Assembly: GCA_053919585.1 (NCBI GenBank)
Contig: CM132796.1
Strand: one strand, 5' to 3'
Length of the DNA stretch: 64,000 nucleotides
Source: Euprymna scolopes
Lineage: Eukaryota
The notes under the pieces were generated by a model. It made no database searches, was not told where the DNA came from, and saw only the letters and a list, made by a program, of their open reading frames with translations. The translations under genes were made by a program, and so were the position numbers. Each line of letters begins with the position of its first letter. The first letter of the stretch is position 1. Below are positions 11,601 to 26,600 of the stretch, in pieces.

Positions 11601-14600
11601 AGAAATTATCTTTGTTTGGACGAAATTATTGGAAATGATCACAATTTTAACGAAATCCTTAGAAATATCCATTATTTAGACGAAATTATTTTAAATGATT
11701 CTTATTTTGAGAAAGACTTTTTAAATGATATTTACTTACATTACTTACAAATTATTGGAAATGGTCCTTATTTAGACGAAATTATTGGAAATGGTCTTTA
11801 TTAAGACGAAATTTTTGGAAATGGTCTTTATTTAGACGAAATTTTTGGAAATGGTCTTTATTTAGACGAAATTTTTGGAAATGGTCTTTATTTAGACGAA
11901 ATTTTTTGAAATGGTCTTTATTTAGACGAAATTATTGGAAATGATCTTTATTTAGACGAAATTATTTTAAATGATTCTTATTTTGAGAAAGACTTTTTAA
12001 ATGATATTTACTTACATTACTTACAAATTATTGGAAATGGTCCTTATTTAGACGAAATTATTGGAAATGGTCTTTATTAAGACGAAATTTTTGGAAATGG
12101 TCTTTATTTAGACGAAATTTTTGGAAATGGTCTTTATTTAGACGAAATTTTTGGAAATAATCTTTATTTAGACGAAATTATTGGAAATGATCTTTATTTA
12201 GACGAAATTATTGGAAATGGTCTTTATTTAGACAAAATTTTTGGAAATGGTCTTTATTTGGACGAAATTATTGGAAATGATCTTTATTTTGACGAAATTA
12301 TTGGAAATGATCTTTATTTAGACGAAATTATTGGAAATGGTCTTTATTTAGACGAAATTTTTGGAAATGGTCTTTATTTAGACAAAGTTTTGGGAAATGG
12401 TCTTTATTTAGACGAACTTTTTTGAAATGGTCCTTATTTAGACGAAATTTTTGGAAATGGTCTTTATTTAGACGAAATTATTGGAAATAGTCTTTATTTA
12501 GACGAAATTTTTGGAAATGGTCTTTATTTAGACGAAATTATTGGAAATGGTCTTTATTTGGACGAAATTATTGGAAATGATCTTTATTTTGACGAAATTA
12601 TTGGAAATGGTCTTTATTTAGACGAAATTTTTGGAAATGGTCTTTATTTAGACGAAATTTTTGGAAATGGTGTTTATTTAGACGAAATTATTGGAAATGG
12701 TCTTTATTTAGACGAAATTTTTGGAAATGGTCTTATTTAAGTTGAAATTGTTGGAAATAGTCTTTATTTAGACGAAATTATTGGAAATGGTCCTTATTTA
12801 GACGAAATTATGCGAAATGGTCTTTATTTAGACGAAATTATTGGAAATGGTCTTTATTTAGACGAAATTATTGGAAATGGTCTTTATTTAGACGAAATTC
12901 TTGGAAATGGTCTTTATTTAGACGAAATGATTGGAAATGGTCTTTATTTAGACGAAATTATTGGAAATGGTGTTTATTTAGACGAAATTTTTGGAAATGG
13001 TCTTTATTTAGACGAAATAATTGGAAATGGTCCTTATTAAGACGAAATTCTTGGAAATGGTCTTTATTTAGACGAAATTATTGGAAAAGGTCTTTATTTA
13101 GACGAAATTATTGGAAATGATCTTTATTTTTACGAAATTATTGGAAATGATTCTTATTTTGAGAAAGACTTTTTAAATGATATTTACTTACATTACTTAC
13201 AAATTATTGGAAATGGTCCTTATTTAGACGAAATTATTGGAAATGGTCTTTATTAAGACGAAATTTTTGGAAATGGTCTTTATTTAGACGAAATTTTTGG
13301 AAATGGTCTTTATTTAGACGAAATTTTTGGAAATAATCTTTATTTAGACGAAATTATTGGAAATGATCTTTATTTAGACGATATTATTGGAAATGGTCTT
13401 TATTTAGACAAAATTTTTGGAAATGGTCTTTATTTGGACGAAATTATTGGAAATGATCTTTATTTTGACGAAATTATTGGAAATGATCTTTATTTAGACG
13501 AAATTATCGGAAATGGTCTTTATTTAGACGAAATTTTTGGAAATGGTCTTTATTTAGACAAAATTTTGGGAAATGGTCTTTATTTAGACGAACTTTTTTG
13601 AAATGGTCCTTATTTAGAGGAAATTTTTGGAAATGGTCTTTATTTAGACGAAATTATTGGAAATAGTCTTTATTTAGACGAAATTTTTGGAAATGGTCTT
13701 TATTTAGACGAAATTATTGGAAATGGTCTTTATTTAGACGAAATTTTTGGAAATCGTCTTTATTTAGACGAAATTTTTGGAAATGGTGTTTATTTAGACG
13801 AAATTATTGGAAATGGTCTTTATTTAGACGAAATTTTTGGAAATGGTCTTATTTAAGTTGAAATTGTTGGAAATAGTCTTTATTTAGACGAAATTATTGG
13901 AAATGGTCCTTATTTAGACGAAATTATGCGAAATGGTCTTTATTTAGACGAAATTATTGGAAATGGTCTTTATTTAGACGAAATTATTGGAAATGGTCTT
14001 TATTTAGACGAAATTGTTGGAAATGGTCTTTATTTAGACGAAATGATTGGAAATGGTCTTTATTTAGACGAAATTATTGGAAATGGTGTTTATTTAGACG
14101 AAATTTTTGGAAATGGTCTTTATTTAGACGAAATAATTGGAAATGGTCCTTATTAAGACGAAATTCTTGGAAATGGTCTTTATTTAGACGAAATTATTGG
14201 AAAAGGTCTTTATTTAGACGAAATTATTGGAAATGATCTTTATTTTTACGAAATTATTGGAAATGGTCTTTATTTAGATGAAATTCTTGGAAATGGTCTT
14301 TATTTAGACGACATTTTTGGAAATGGTCTTTATTTAGACGAAATTATTGGAAATGGTCTTTATTTAGACGAAATCTTTGGAAATGGTCTTTATTTAGGCA
14401 AAATTTTGGAAATGGTCTTTATTTAGACGAAATTATTGCAAATGGTCTTTATTTAGACGAAATTGTTGGAAATGGTCTTTATTTAGACGAAATTATTGGA
14501 AATGATCTTTATTTAGACGAAATTATTGCAAATGGTCTTTATTTAGACGAAATTTTTGGAAATGGTCCTTATTTAGACGAAATTATTGGAAATGATCTTT

Positions 14601-17600
14601 ATTTAGAGGCAATTTTTGGAAATGGTCTTTATTTAAACGAAAATTTTGGAAATGGTCTTTATTTAGACGAAATTATTGGAAATGGTCTTTATTAAGACGA
14701 AATTTTTGGAAATGGTCTTTATTTAGATGAAATTGTTGGAAATGGTCTTTATTTAGACGAAATTATTGGAAATGGTCCTTATTTAGACGAAATTATTCGA
14801 AATGGTCTTTATTTAGACGAAATTATTGGAAATGGTGTTTATTTAGACGAAATTATTGGAAATGGTGTTTATTTAGACGAAATTTTTGGAAATGGTCTTT
14901 ATTTAGACGAAATAATTGGAAATGGTCCTTCCTGAGACGAAGCCATTAGAAGTAATCGTGTTTTTAACGAAATTGTAAGAAAGGATCTTTAATTAGACGA
15001 AATTATTAAAAATGACGCTTACTTAGACAAAATTATTGGAAAATGGCTCATACTCAGACGAAATCATTAGAAATTATCTTTGTTTGGACGAAATTATTGG
15101 AAATGATCACAATTTTAACGAAATCCTTAGAAATATCCATTATTTAGACGAAATTATTTTAAATGATTCTTATTTTGAGAAAGATTTTTTAAATGATATT
15201 TACTTACATTACTTACAAATTATTGGAAATGGTCCTTATTTAGACGAAATTATTGGAAATGGTCTTTATTAAGACGAAATTTTTGGAAATGGTCTTTGTT
15301 TAGACGAAATTTTTGGAAATGGTCTTTATTTAGACGAAATTTTTGGAAATGGTCTTTATTTAGACGAAATTTTTTGAAATGGTCTTTATTTAGACGAAAT
15401 TATTGGAAATGATCTTTATTTAGACGAAATTATTTTAAATGATTCTTATTTTGAGAAAGACTTTTTAAATGATATTTACTTACATTACTTACAAATTATT
15501 GGAAATGGTCCTTATTTAGACGAAATTATTGGAAATGGTCTTTATTAAGACGAAATTTTTGGAAATGGTCTTTATTTAGACGAAATTTTTGGAAATGGTC
15601 TTTATTTAGACGAAATTTTTGGAAATGGTCTTTATTTAGACGAAATGTTTTGAAATGGTCTTTATTTAGACGAAATTATTGGAAATGATCTTTATTTAGA
15701 CGAAATTATTTTAAATGATTCTTATTTTGAGAAAGACTTTTTAAATGATATTTACTTACATTACTTACAAATTATTGGAAATGGTCCTTATTTAGACGAA
15801 ATTATTGGAAATGGTCTTTATTAAGACGAAATTTTTGGAAATGGTCTTTATTTAGACGAAATTTTTGGAAATGGTCTTTATTTAGACGAAATTTTTGGAA
15901 ATGGTCTTTATTTAGACGAAATTTTTTGAAATGGTCTTTATTTAGACGAAATTATTGGAAATGATCTTTATTTATACGAAATTATTTTAAATGATTCTTA
16001 TTTTGAGAAAGACTTTTTAAATGATATTTACTTACATTACTTACAAATTATTGGAAATGGTCCTTATTTAGACGAAATTATTGGAAATGGTCTTTATTAA
16101 GACGAAATTTTTGGAAATGGTCTTTATTTAGACGAAATTTTTGGAAATGGTCTTTATTTAGACGAAATTTTTGGAAATAATCTTTATTTAGACGAAATTA
16201 TTGGAAATGATCTTTATTTAGACGAAATTATTGGAAATGGTCTTTATTTAGACAAAATTTTTGGAAATGGTCTTTATTTGGACGAAATTATTGGAAATGA
16301 TCTTTATTTTGACGAAATTATTGGAAATGATCTTTATTTAGACGAAATTATTGGAAATGGTCTTTATTTAGACGAAATTATTGGAAATGGTCTTTATTTA
16401 GACGAAATAATTGGAAATGGTCCTTATTAAGACGAAATTCTTGGAAATGGTCTTTATTTAGACGAAATTATTGGAAAAGGTCTTTATTTAGACGAAATTA
16501 TTGGAAATGATCTTTATTTTTACGAAATTATTGGAAATGATTCTTATTTTGAGAAAGACTTTTTAAATGATATTTACTTACATTACTTACAAATTATTGG
16601 AAATGGTCCTTATTTAGACGAAATTATTGGAAATGGTCTTTATTAAGACGAAATTTTTGGAAATGGTCTTTATTTAGACGAAATTTTTGGAAATGGTCTT
16701 TATTTAGACGAAATTTTTGGAAATAATCTTTATTTAGACGAAATTATTGGAAATGATCTTTATTTAGACGAAATTATTGGAAATGGTCTTTATTTAGACA
16801 AAATTTTTGGAAATGGTCTTTATTTGGACGAAATTATTGGAAATGATCTTTATTTTGACGAAATTATTGGAAATGATCTTTATTTAGACGAAATTTTTGG
16901 AAATGGTCTTTATTTAGACAAAATTTTGGGAAATGGTCTTTATTTAGACGAACTTTTTTGAAATGGTCCTTATTTAGACGAAATTTTTGGAAATGGTCTT
17001 TATTTAGACGAAATTATTGGAAATAGTCTTTATTTAGACGAAATTTTTGGAAATGGTCTTTATTTAGACGAAATTATTGGAAATGGTCTTTATTTAGACG
17101 AAATTTTTGGAAATCGTCTTTATTTAGACGAAATTTTTGGAAATGGTGTTTATTTAGACGAAATTATTGGAAATGGTCTTTATTTAGACGAAATTTTTGG
17201 AAATGGTCTTATTTAAGTTGAAATTGTTGGAAATAGTCTTTATTTAGACGAAATTATTGGAAATGGTCCTTATTTAGACGAAATTATGCGAAATGGTCTT
17301 TATTTAGACGAAATTATTGGAAATGGTCTTTATTTAGACGAAATTATTGGAAATGGTCTTTATTTAGACGAAATTGTTGGAAATGGTCTTTATTTAGACG
17401 AAATGATTGGAAATGGTCTTTATTTAGACGAAATTATTGGAAATGGTGTTTATTTAGACGACATTTTTGGAAATGGTCTTTATTTAGACGAAATAATTGG
17501 AAATGGTCCTTATTAAGACGAAATTCTTGGAAATGGTCTTTATTTAGACGAAATTATTGGAAAAGGTCTTTATTTAGACGAATTTATTGGAAATGATCTT

Positions 17601-20600
17601 TATTTTTACGAAATTATTGGAAATGGTCTTTATTTAGATGAAATTCTTGGAAATGGTCTTTATTTAGACGACATTTTTGGAAATGGTCTTTATTTAGACG
17701 AAATTATTGGAAATGGTCTTTATTTAGACGAAATCTTTGGAAATGGTCTTTATTTAGGCAAAATTTTGGAAATGGTCTTTATTTAGACGAAATTATTGCA
17801 AATGGTCTTTATTTAGACGAAATTGTTGGAAATGTTCTTTATTTAGACGAAATTATTGGAAATGATCTTTATTTAGACGAAATTATTGCAAATGGTCTTT
17901 ATTTAGACGAAATTTTTGGAAATGGTCCTTATTTAGACGAAATTATTGGAAATGATCTTTATTTAGAGGCAATTTTTGGAAATGGTCTTTATTTAAACGA
18001 AAATTTTTGAAATGGTCTTTATTTAGACGAAATTATTGGAAATGGTCTTTATTAAGACGAAATTTTTGGAAATGGTCTTTATTTAGATGAAATTGTTGGA
18101 AATGGTCTTTATTTAGACGAAATTATTGGAAATGGTCCTTATTTAGACGAAATTATTCGAAATGGTCTTTATTTAGACGAAATTATTGGAAATGGTGTTT
18201 ATTTAGACGAAATTATTGGAAATGGTGTTTATTTAGACGAAATTTTTGGAAATGGTCTTTATTTAGACGAAATAATTGGAAATGGTCCTTCCTGAGACGA
18301 AGCCATTAGAAGTAATCGTGTTTTTAACGAAATTGTAAGAAAGGATCTTTAATTAGACGAAATTATTAAAAATGACGCTTACTTAGACAAAATTATTGGA
18401 AAATGGCTCATACTCAGACGAAATCATTAGAAATTATCTATGTTTGGACGAAATTATTGGAAATGATCACAATTTTAACGAAATCCTAAGAAATATCCAT
18501 TATTTAGACGAAATTATTTTAAATGATTCTTATTTTGAGAAAGATTTTTTAAATGATATTTACTTACATTACTTACAAATTATTGGAAATGGTCCTTATT
18601 TAGACGAAATTATTGGAAATGGTCTTTATTAAGACGAAATTTTTGGAAATGGTCTTTATTTAGACGAAATTTTTGGAAATGGTCTTTATTTAGACGAAAT
18701 TTTTGGAAATGGTCTTTATTTAGACGAAATTTTTTGAAATGGTCTTTATTTAGACGAAATTATTGGAAATGATCTTTATTTAGACGAAATTATTTTAAAT
18801 GATTCTTATTTTGAGAAAGACTTTTTAAATGATATTTACTTACATTACTTACAAATTATTGGAAATGGTCCTTATTTAGACGAAATTATTGGAAATGGTC
18901 TTTATTAAGACGAAATTTTTGGAAATGGTCTTTATTTAGACGAAATTTTTGGAAATGGTCTTTATTTAGACGAAATAATTGGAAATGGTCTTTATTTAGA
19001 CGAAATGTTTTGAAATGGTCTTTATTTAGACGAAATTATTGGAAATGATCTTTATTTAGACGAAATTATTTTAAATGATTCTTATTTTGAGAAAGACTTT
19101 TTAAATGATATTTACTTACATTACTTACAAATTATTGGAAATGGTCCTTATTTAGACGAAATTATTGGAAATGGTCTTTATTAAGACGAAATTTTTGAAA
19201 TGGTCTTTATTTAGACGAAATTTTTGGAAATGGTCTTTATTTAGACGAAATTTTTGGAAATGGTCTTTATTTAGACGAAATTTTTTGAAATGGTCTTTAT
19301 TTAGACGAAATTATTGGAAATGATCTTTATTTAGACGAAATTATTTTAAATGATTCTTATTTTGAGAAAGACTTTTTAAATGATATTTACTTACATTACT
19401 TACAAATTATTGGAAATGGTCCTTATTTAGACGAAATTATTGGAAATGGTCTTTATTAAGACGAAATTTTTGGAAATGGTCTTTATTTAGACGAAATTTT
19501 TGGAAATGGTCTTTATTTAGACGAAATTTTTGGAAATAATCTTTATTTAGACGAAATTATTGGAAATGATCTTTATTTAGACGAAATTATTGGAAATGGT
19601 CTTTATTTAGACAAAATTTTTGGAAATGGTCTTTATTTGGACGAAATTATTGGAAATGATCTTTATTTTGACGAAATTATTGGAAATGATCTTTATTTAG
19701 ACGAAATTATTGGAAATGGTCTTTATTTAGACGAAATTTTTGGAAATGGTCTTTATTTAGACAAAATTTTGGGAAATGGTCTTTATTTAGACGAACTTTT
19801 TTGAAATGGTCCTTATTTAGACGAAATTTTTGGAAATGGTCTTTATTTAGACGAAATTATTGGAAATAGTCTGTATTTAGACGAAATTTTTGGAAATGGT
19901 CTTTATTTAGACGAAATTATTGGAAATGGTCTTTATTTGGACGAAATTATTGGAAATGATCTTTATTTTGACGAAATTATTGGAAATGGTCTTTATTTAG
20001 ACGAAATTTTTGGAAATGGTCTTTATTTAGACGAAATTTTTGGAAATGGTGTTTATTTAGACGAAATTATTGGAAATGGTCTTTATTTAGACGAAATTTT
20101 TGGAAATGGTCTTATTTAAGTTGAAATTGTTGGAAATGGTCTTTATTTAGACGAAATTATTGGAAATGGTCCTTATTTAGACGAAATTATGCGAAATGGT
20201 CTTTATTTAGACGAAATTATTGGAAATGGTCTTTATTTAGACGAAATTATTGGAAATGGTCTTTATTTAGACGAAATAATTGGAAATGGTCCTTCCTGAG
20301 ACGAAGCCATTAGAAGTAATCGTGTTTTTAACGAAATTGTAAGAAAGGATCTTTAATTAGACGAAATTATTAAAAATGACGCTTACTTAGACAAAATTAT
20401 TGGAAAATGGCTCATACTCAGACGAAATCATTAGAAATTATCTTTGTTTGGACGAAATTATTGGAAATGATCACAATTTTAACGAAATCCTAAGAAATAT
20501 CCATTATTTAGACGAAATTATTTTAAATGATTCTTATTTTGAGAAAGATTTTTTAAATGATATTTACTTACATTACTTACAAATTATTGGAAATGGTCCT

Positions 20601-23600
20601 TATTTAGACGAAATTATTGGAAATGGTCTTTATTAAGACGAAATTTTTGGAAATGGTCTTTATTTAGACGAAATTTTTGGAAATGGTCTTTATTTAGACG
20701 AAATTTTTGGAAATGGTCTTTATTTAGACGAAATTTTTTGAAATGGTCTTTATTTAGACGAAATTATTGGAAATGATCTTTATTTAGACGAAATTATTTT
20801 AAATGATTCTTATTTTGAGAAAGACTTTTTAAATGATATTTACTTACATTACTTACAAATTATTGGAAATGGTCCTTATTTAGACGAAATTATTGGAAAT
20901 GGTCTTTATTAAGACGAAATTTTTGGAAATGGTCTTTATTTAGACGAAATTTTTGGAAATGGTCTTTATTTAGACGAAATTTTTGGAAATAATCTTTATT
21001 TAGACGAAATTATTGGAAATGATCTTTATTTAGACGAAATTATTGGAAATGGTCTTTATTTAGACAAAATTTTTGGAAATGGTCTTTATTTGGACGAAAT
21101 TATTGGAAATGATCTTTATTTTGACGAAATTATTGGAAATGATCTTTATTTAGACGAAATTATTGGAAATGGTCTTTATTTAGACGAAATTTTTGGAAAT
21201 GGTCTTTATTTAGACAAAATTTTTGGAAATGGTCTTTATTTAGACGAACTTTTTTGAAATGGTCCTTATTTAGACGAAATTTTTGGAAATGGTCTTTATT
21301 TAGACGAAATTATTGGAAATAGTCTTTATTTAGACGAAATTTTTGGAAATGGTCTTTATTTAGACGAAATTATTGGAAATGGTCTTTATTTGGACGAAAT
21401 TATTGGAAATGATCTTTATTTTGACGAAATTATTGGAAATGGTCTTTATTTAGACGAAATTTTTGGAAATGGTCTTTATTTAGACGAAATTTTTGGAAAT
21501 GGTGTTTATTTAGACGAAATTATTGGAAATGGTCTTTATTTAGACGAAATTTTTGGAAATGGTCTTATTTAAGTTGAAATTGTTGGAAATGGTCTTTATT
21601 TAGACGAAATTATTGGAAATGGTCCTTATTTAGACGAAATTATGCGAAATGGTCTTTATTTAGACGAAATTATTGGAATTGGTCTTTATTTAGACGAAAT
21701 TATTGGAAATGGTCTTTATTTAGACGAAATTGTTGGAAATGGTCTTTATTTAGACGAAATGATTGGAAATGGTCTTTATTTAGACGAAATTATTGGAAAT
21801 GGTGTTTATTTAGACGAAATTTTTGGAAATGGTCTTTATTTAGACGAAATAATTGGAAATGGTCCTTATTAAGACGAAATTCTTGGTTTAGACGAAATTA
21901 TTGGAAATGGTCTTTATTTAGACGAAATTATTGGAAATGATCTTTATTTTTACGAAATTATTGGAAATGGTCTTTATTTAGATGAAATTCTTGGAAATGG
22001 TCTTTATTTAGACGACATTTTTGGAAATGGTCTTTATTTAGACGAAATTATTGGAAATGGTCTTTATTTAGACGAAATCTTGGAAATGGTCTTTATTTAG
22101 GCAAAATTTTGGAAATGGTCTTTATTTAGACGAAATTATTGCAAATGGTCTTTATTTAGACGAAATTGTTGGAAATGGTCTTTATTTAGACGAAATTATT
22201 GGAAATGATCTTTATTTAGACGAAATTATTGCAAATGGTCTTTATTTAGACGAAATTTTTGGAAATGGTCCTTATTTAGACGAAATTATTGGAAATGATC
22301 TTTATTTAGAGGCAAATTTTGGAAATGGTCTTTATTTAGACGAAATTATTGGAAATGGTCTTTATTTAGACGAAAATTTTGGAAATGGTCTTTATTTAGA
22401 CGAAATTATTGGAAATGGTCTTTATTAAGACGAAATTTTTGGAAATGGTCTTTATTTAGATGAAATTGTTGGAAATGGTCTTTATTTAGACGAAATTATT
22501 GGAAATGGTCCTTATTTAGACGAAATTATTCGAAATGGTCTTTATTTAGACGAAATTATTGGAAATGGTGTTTATTTAGACGAAATTATTGGAAATGGTC
22601 TTTATTTAGACGAAATTATTGGAAATGGTGTTTATTTAGACGAAATTTTTGGAAATGGTCTTTATTTAGACGAAATAATTGGAAATGGTCCTTCCTGAGA
22701 CGAAGCCATTAGAAGTAGTCGTGTTTTTAACGAAATTGTAAGAAAGGATCTTTAATTAGACGAAATTATTAAAAATGACGCTTACTTAGACAAAATTATT
22801 GGAAAATGGCTCATACTCAGACGAAATCATTAGAAATTATCTTTGTTTGGACGAAATTATTGGAAATGATCACAATTTTAACGAAATCCTTAGAAATATC
22901 CATTATTTAGACGAAATTATTTTAAATGATTCTTATTTTGAGAAAGACTTTTTAAATGATATTTACTTACATTACTTACAAATTATTGGAAATGGTCCTT
23001 ATTTAGACGAAATTATTGGAAATGGTCTTTATTAAGACGAAATTTTTGGAAATGGTCTTTATTTAGACGAAATTTTTGGAAATGGTCTTTATTTAGACGA
23101 AATTTTTGGAAATGGTCTTTATTTAGACGAAATTTTTTGAAATGGTCTTTATTTAGACGAAATTATTGGAAATGATCTTTATTTAGACGAAATTATTTTA
23201 AATGATTCTTATTTTGAGAAAGACTTTTTAAATGATATTTACTTACATTACTTACAAATTATTGGAAATGGTCCTTATTTAGACGAAATTATTGGAAATG
23301 GTCTTTATTAAGACGAAATTTTTGGAAATGGTCTTTATTTAGACGAAATTTTTGGAAATGGTCTTTATTTAGACGAAATTTTTGGAAATAATCTTTATTT
23401 AGACGAAATTATTGGAAATGATCTTTATTTAGACGAAATTATTGGAAATGGTCTTTATTTAGACAAAATTTTTGGAAATGGTCTTTATTTGGACGAAATT
23501 ATTGGAAATGATCTTTATTTTGACGAAATTATTGGAAATGATCTTTATTTAGACGAAATTATTGCAAATGGTCTTTATTTAGACGAAATTTTTGGAAATG

Positions 23601-26600
23601 GTCTTTATTTAGACAAAATTTTTGGAAATGGTCTTTATTTAGACGAACTTTTTTGAAATGGTCCTTATTTAGACGAAATTTTTGGAAATGGTCTTTATTT
23701 AGACGAAATTATTGGAAATAGTCTTTATTTAGACGAAATTTTTGGAAATGGTCTTTATTTAGACGAAATTATTGGAAATGGTCTTTATTTGGACGAAATT
23801 ATTGGAAATGATCTTTATTTTGACGAAATTATTGGAAATGGTCTTTATTTAGACGAAATTTTTGGAAATGGTCTTTATTTAGACGAAATTTTTGGAAATG
23901 GTGTTTATTTAGACGAAATTATTGGAAATGGTCTTTATTTAGACGAAATTTTTGGAAATGGTCTTATTTAAGTTGAAATTGTTGGAAATGGTCTTTATTT
24001 AGACGAAATTATTGGAAATGGTCCTTATTTAGACGAAATTATGCGAAATGGACTTTATTTAGACGAAATTATTGGAATTGGTCTTTATTTAGACGAAATT
24101 ATTGGAAATGGTCTTTATTTAGACGAAATTGTTTGAAATGGTCTTTATTTAGACGAAATGATTGGAAATGGTCTTTATTTAGACGAAATTATTGGAAATG
24201 GTGTTTATTTAGACGAAATTTTTGGAAATGGTCTTTATTTAGACGAAATAATTGGAAATGGTCCTTATTAAGACGAAATTCTTGGTTTAGACGAAATTAT
24301 TGGAAATGGTCTTTATTTAGACGAAATTATTGGAAATGATCTTTATTTTTACGAAATTATTGGAAATGAACTTTATTTAGATGAAATTCTTGGAAATGGT
24401 CTTTATTTAGACGACATTTTTGGAAATGGTCTTTATTTAGACGAAATTATTGGAAATGGTCTTTATTTAGACGAAATCTTGGAAATCGTCTTTATTTAGG
24501 CAAAATTTTGGAAATGGTCTTTATTTAGACGAAATTATTGCAAATGGTCTTTATTTAGACGAAATTGTTGGAAATGGTCTTTATTTAGACGAAATTATTG
24601 GAAATGATCTTTATTTAGACGAAATTATTGCAAATGGTCTTTATTTAGACGAAATTTTTGGAAATGGTCCTTATTTAGACGAAATTTTTGGAAATGATCT
24701 TTATTTAGAGGCAATTTTTGGAAATGGTCTTTATTTAGACGAAATTATTGGAAATGGTCTTTATTTAGACGAAAATTTTGGAAATGGTCTTTATTTAGAC
24801 GAAATTATTGGAAATGGTCTTTATTAAGACGAAATTTTTGGAAATGGTCTTTATTTAGATGAAATTGTTGGAAATGGTCTTTATTTAGACGAAATTATTG
24901 GAAATGGTCCTTATTTAGACGAAATTATTCGAAATGGTCTTTATTTAGACGAAATTATTGGAAATGGTGTTTATTTAGACGAAATTATTGGAAATGGTCT
25001 TTATTTAGACGAAATTATTGGAAATGGTGTTTATTTAGACGAAATTTTTGGAAATGTTCTTTATTTAGACGAAATAATTGGAAATGGTCCTTCCTGAGAC
25101 GAAGCCATTAGAAGTAATCGTGTTTTTAACGAAATTGTAAGAAAGGATCTTTAATTAGACGAAATTATTAAAAATGACGCTTACTTAGACAAAATTATTG
25201 GAAAATGGCTCATACTTAGACGAAATCATTAGAAATTATCTTTGTTTGGACGAAATTATTGGAAATGATCACAATTTTAACGAAATCCTTAGAAATATCC
25301 ATTATTTAGACGAAATTATTTTAAATGATTCTTTTTTATAGAAAGACTTTTTAAATGATATTTACTTACATTACTTACAAATTATTGGAAATGGTCCTTA
25401 TTTAGACGAAATTATTGGAAATGGTCTTTATTAAGACGAAATTTTTGGAAATGGTCTTTATTTAGACGAAATTTTTGGAAATGGTCTTTATTTAGACGAA
25501 ATTTTTTGAAATGGTCTTTATTTAGACGAAATTATTGGAAATGATCTTTATTTAGACGAAATTATTTTAAATGATTCTTATTTTGAGAAAGAGTTTTTAA
25601 ATGATATTTACTTACATTACTTACAAATTATTGGAAATGGTCCTTATTTAGACGAAATTATTGGAAATGGTCTTTATTAAGACGAAATTTTTGGAAATGG
25701 TCTTTATTTAGACGAAATTTTTGGAAATGGTCTTTATTTAGACGAAATTTTTGGAAATAATCTTTATTTAGACGAAATTATTGGAAATGATCTTTATTTA
25801 GACGAAATTATTGGAAATGGTCTTTATTTAGACAAAATTTTTGGAAATGGTCTTTATTTGGACGAAATTATTGGAAATGATCTTTATTTTGACGAAATTA
25901 TTGGAAATGATCTTTATTTAGACGAAATTATTGGAAATGGTCTTTATTTAGACGAAATTTTTGGAAATGGTCTTTATTTAGACAAAATTTTTGGAAATGG
26001 TCTTTATTTAGACGAACTTTTTTGAAATGGTCCTTATTTAGACGAAATTTTTGGAAATGGTCTTTATTTAGACGAAATTATTGGAAATAGTCTTTATTTA
26101 GACGAAATTTTTGGAAATGGTCTTTATTTAGACGAAATTATTGGAAATGGTCTTTATTTGGACGAAATTATTGGAAATGATCTTTATTTTGACGAAATTA
26201 TTGGAAATGGTCTTTATTTAGACGAAATTTTTGGAAATGGTCTTTATTTAGACGAAATTTTTGGAAATGGTGTTTATTTAGACGAAATTATTGGAAATGG
26301 TCTTTATTTAGACGAAATTTTTGGAAATGGTCTTATTTAAGTTGAAATTGTTGGAAATGGTCTTTATTTAGACGAAATTATTGGAAATGGTCCTTATTTA
26401 GACGAAATTATGCGAAATGGTCTTTATTTAGACGAAATTATTGGAAATGGTCTTTATTTAGACGAAATTATTGGAAATGGTCTTTATTTAGACGAAATTT
26501 TTGGAAATGGTCTTTATTTAGACGAAATGATTGGAAATGGTCTTTATTTAGACGAAATTATTGGAAATGGTGTTTATTTAGACGAAATTTTTGGAAATGG

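Noticed and set aside
24133-24339. Alternative-frame peptide FRRNYWKWSL as a cationic antimicrobial repeat
   Set aside because: The ancestral flank consensus (aaaTGAt) has a stop in this frame in nearly every monomer.
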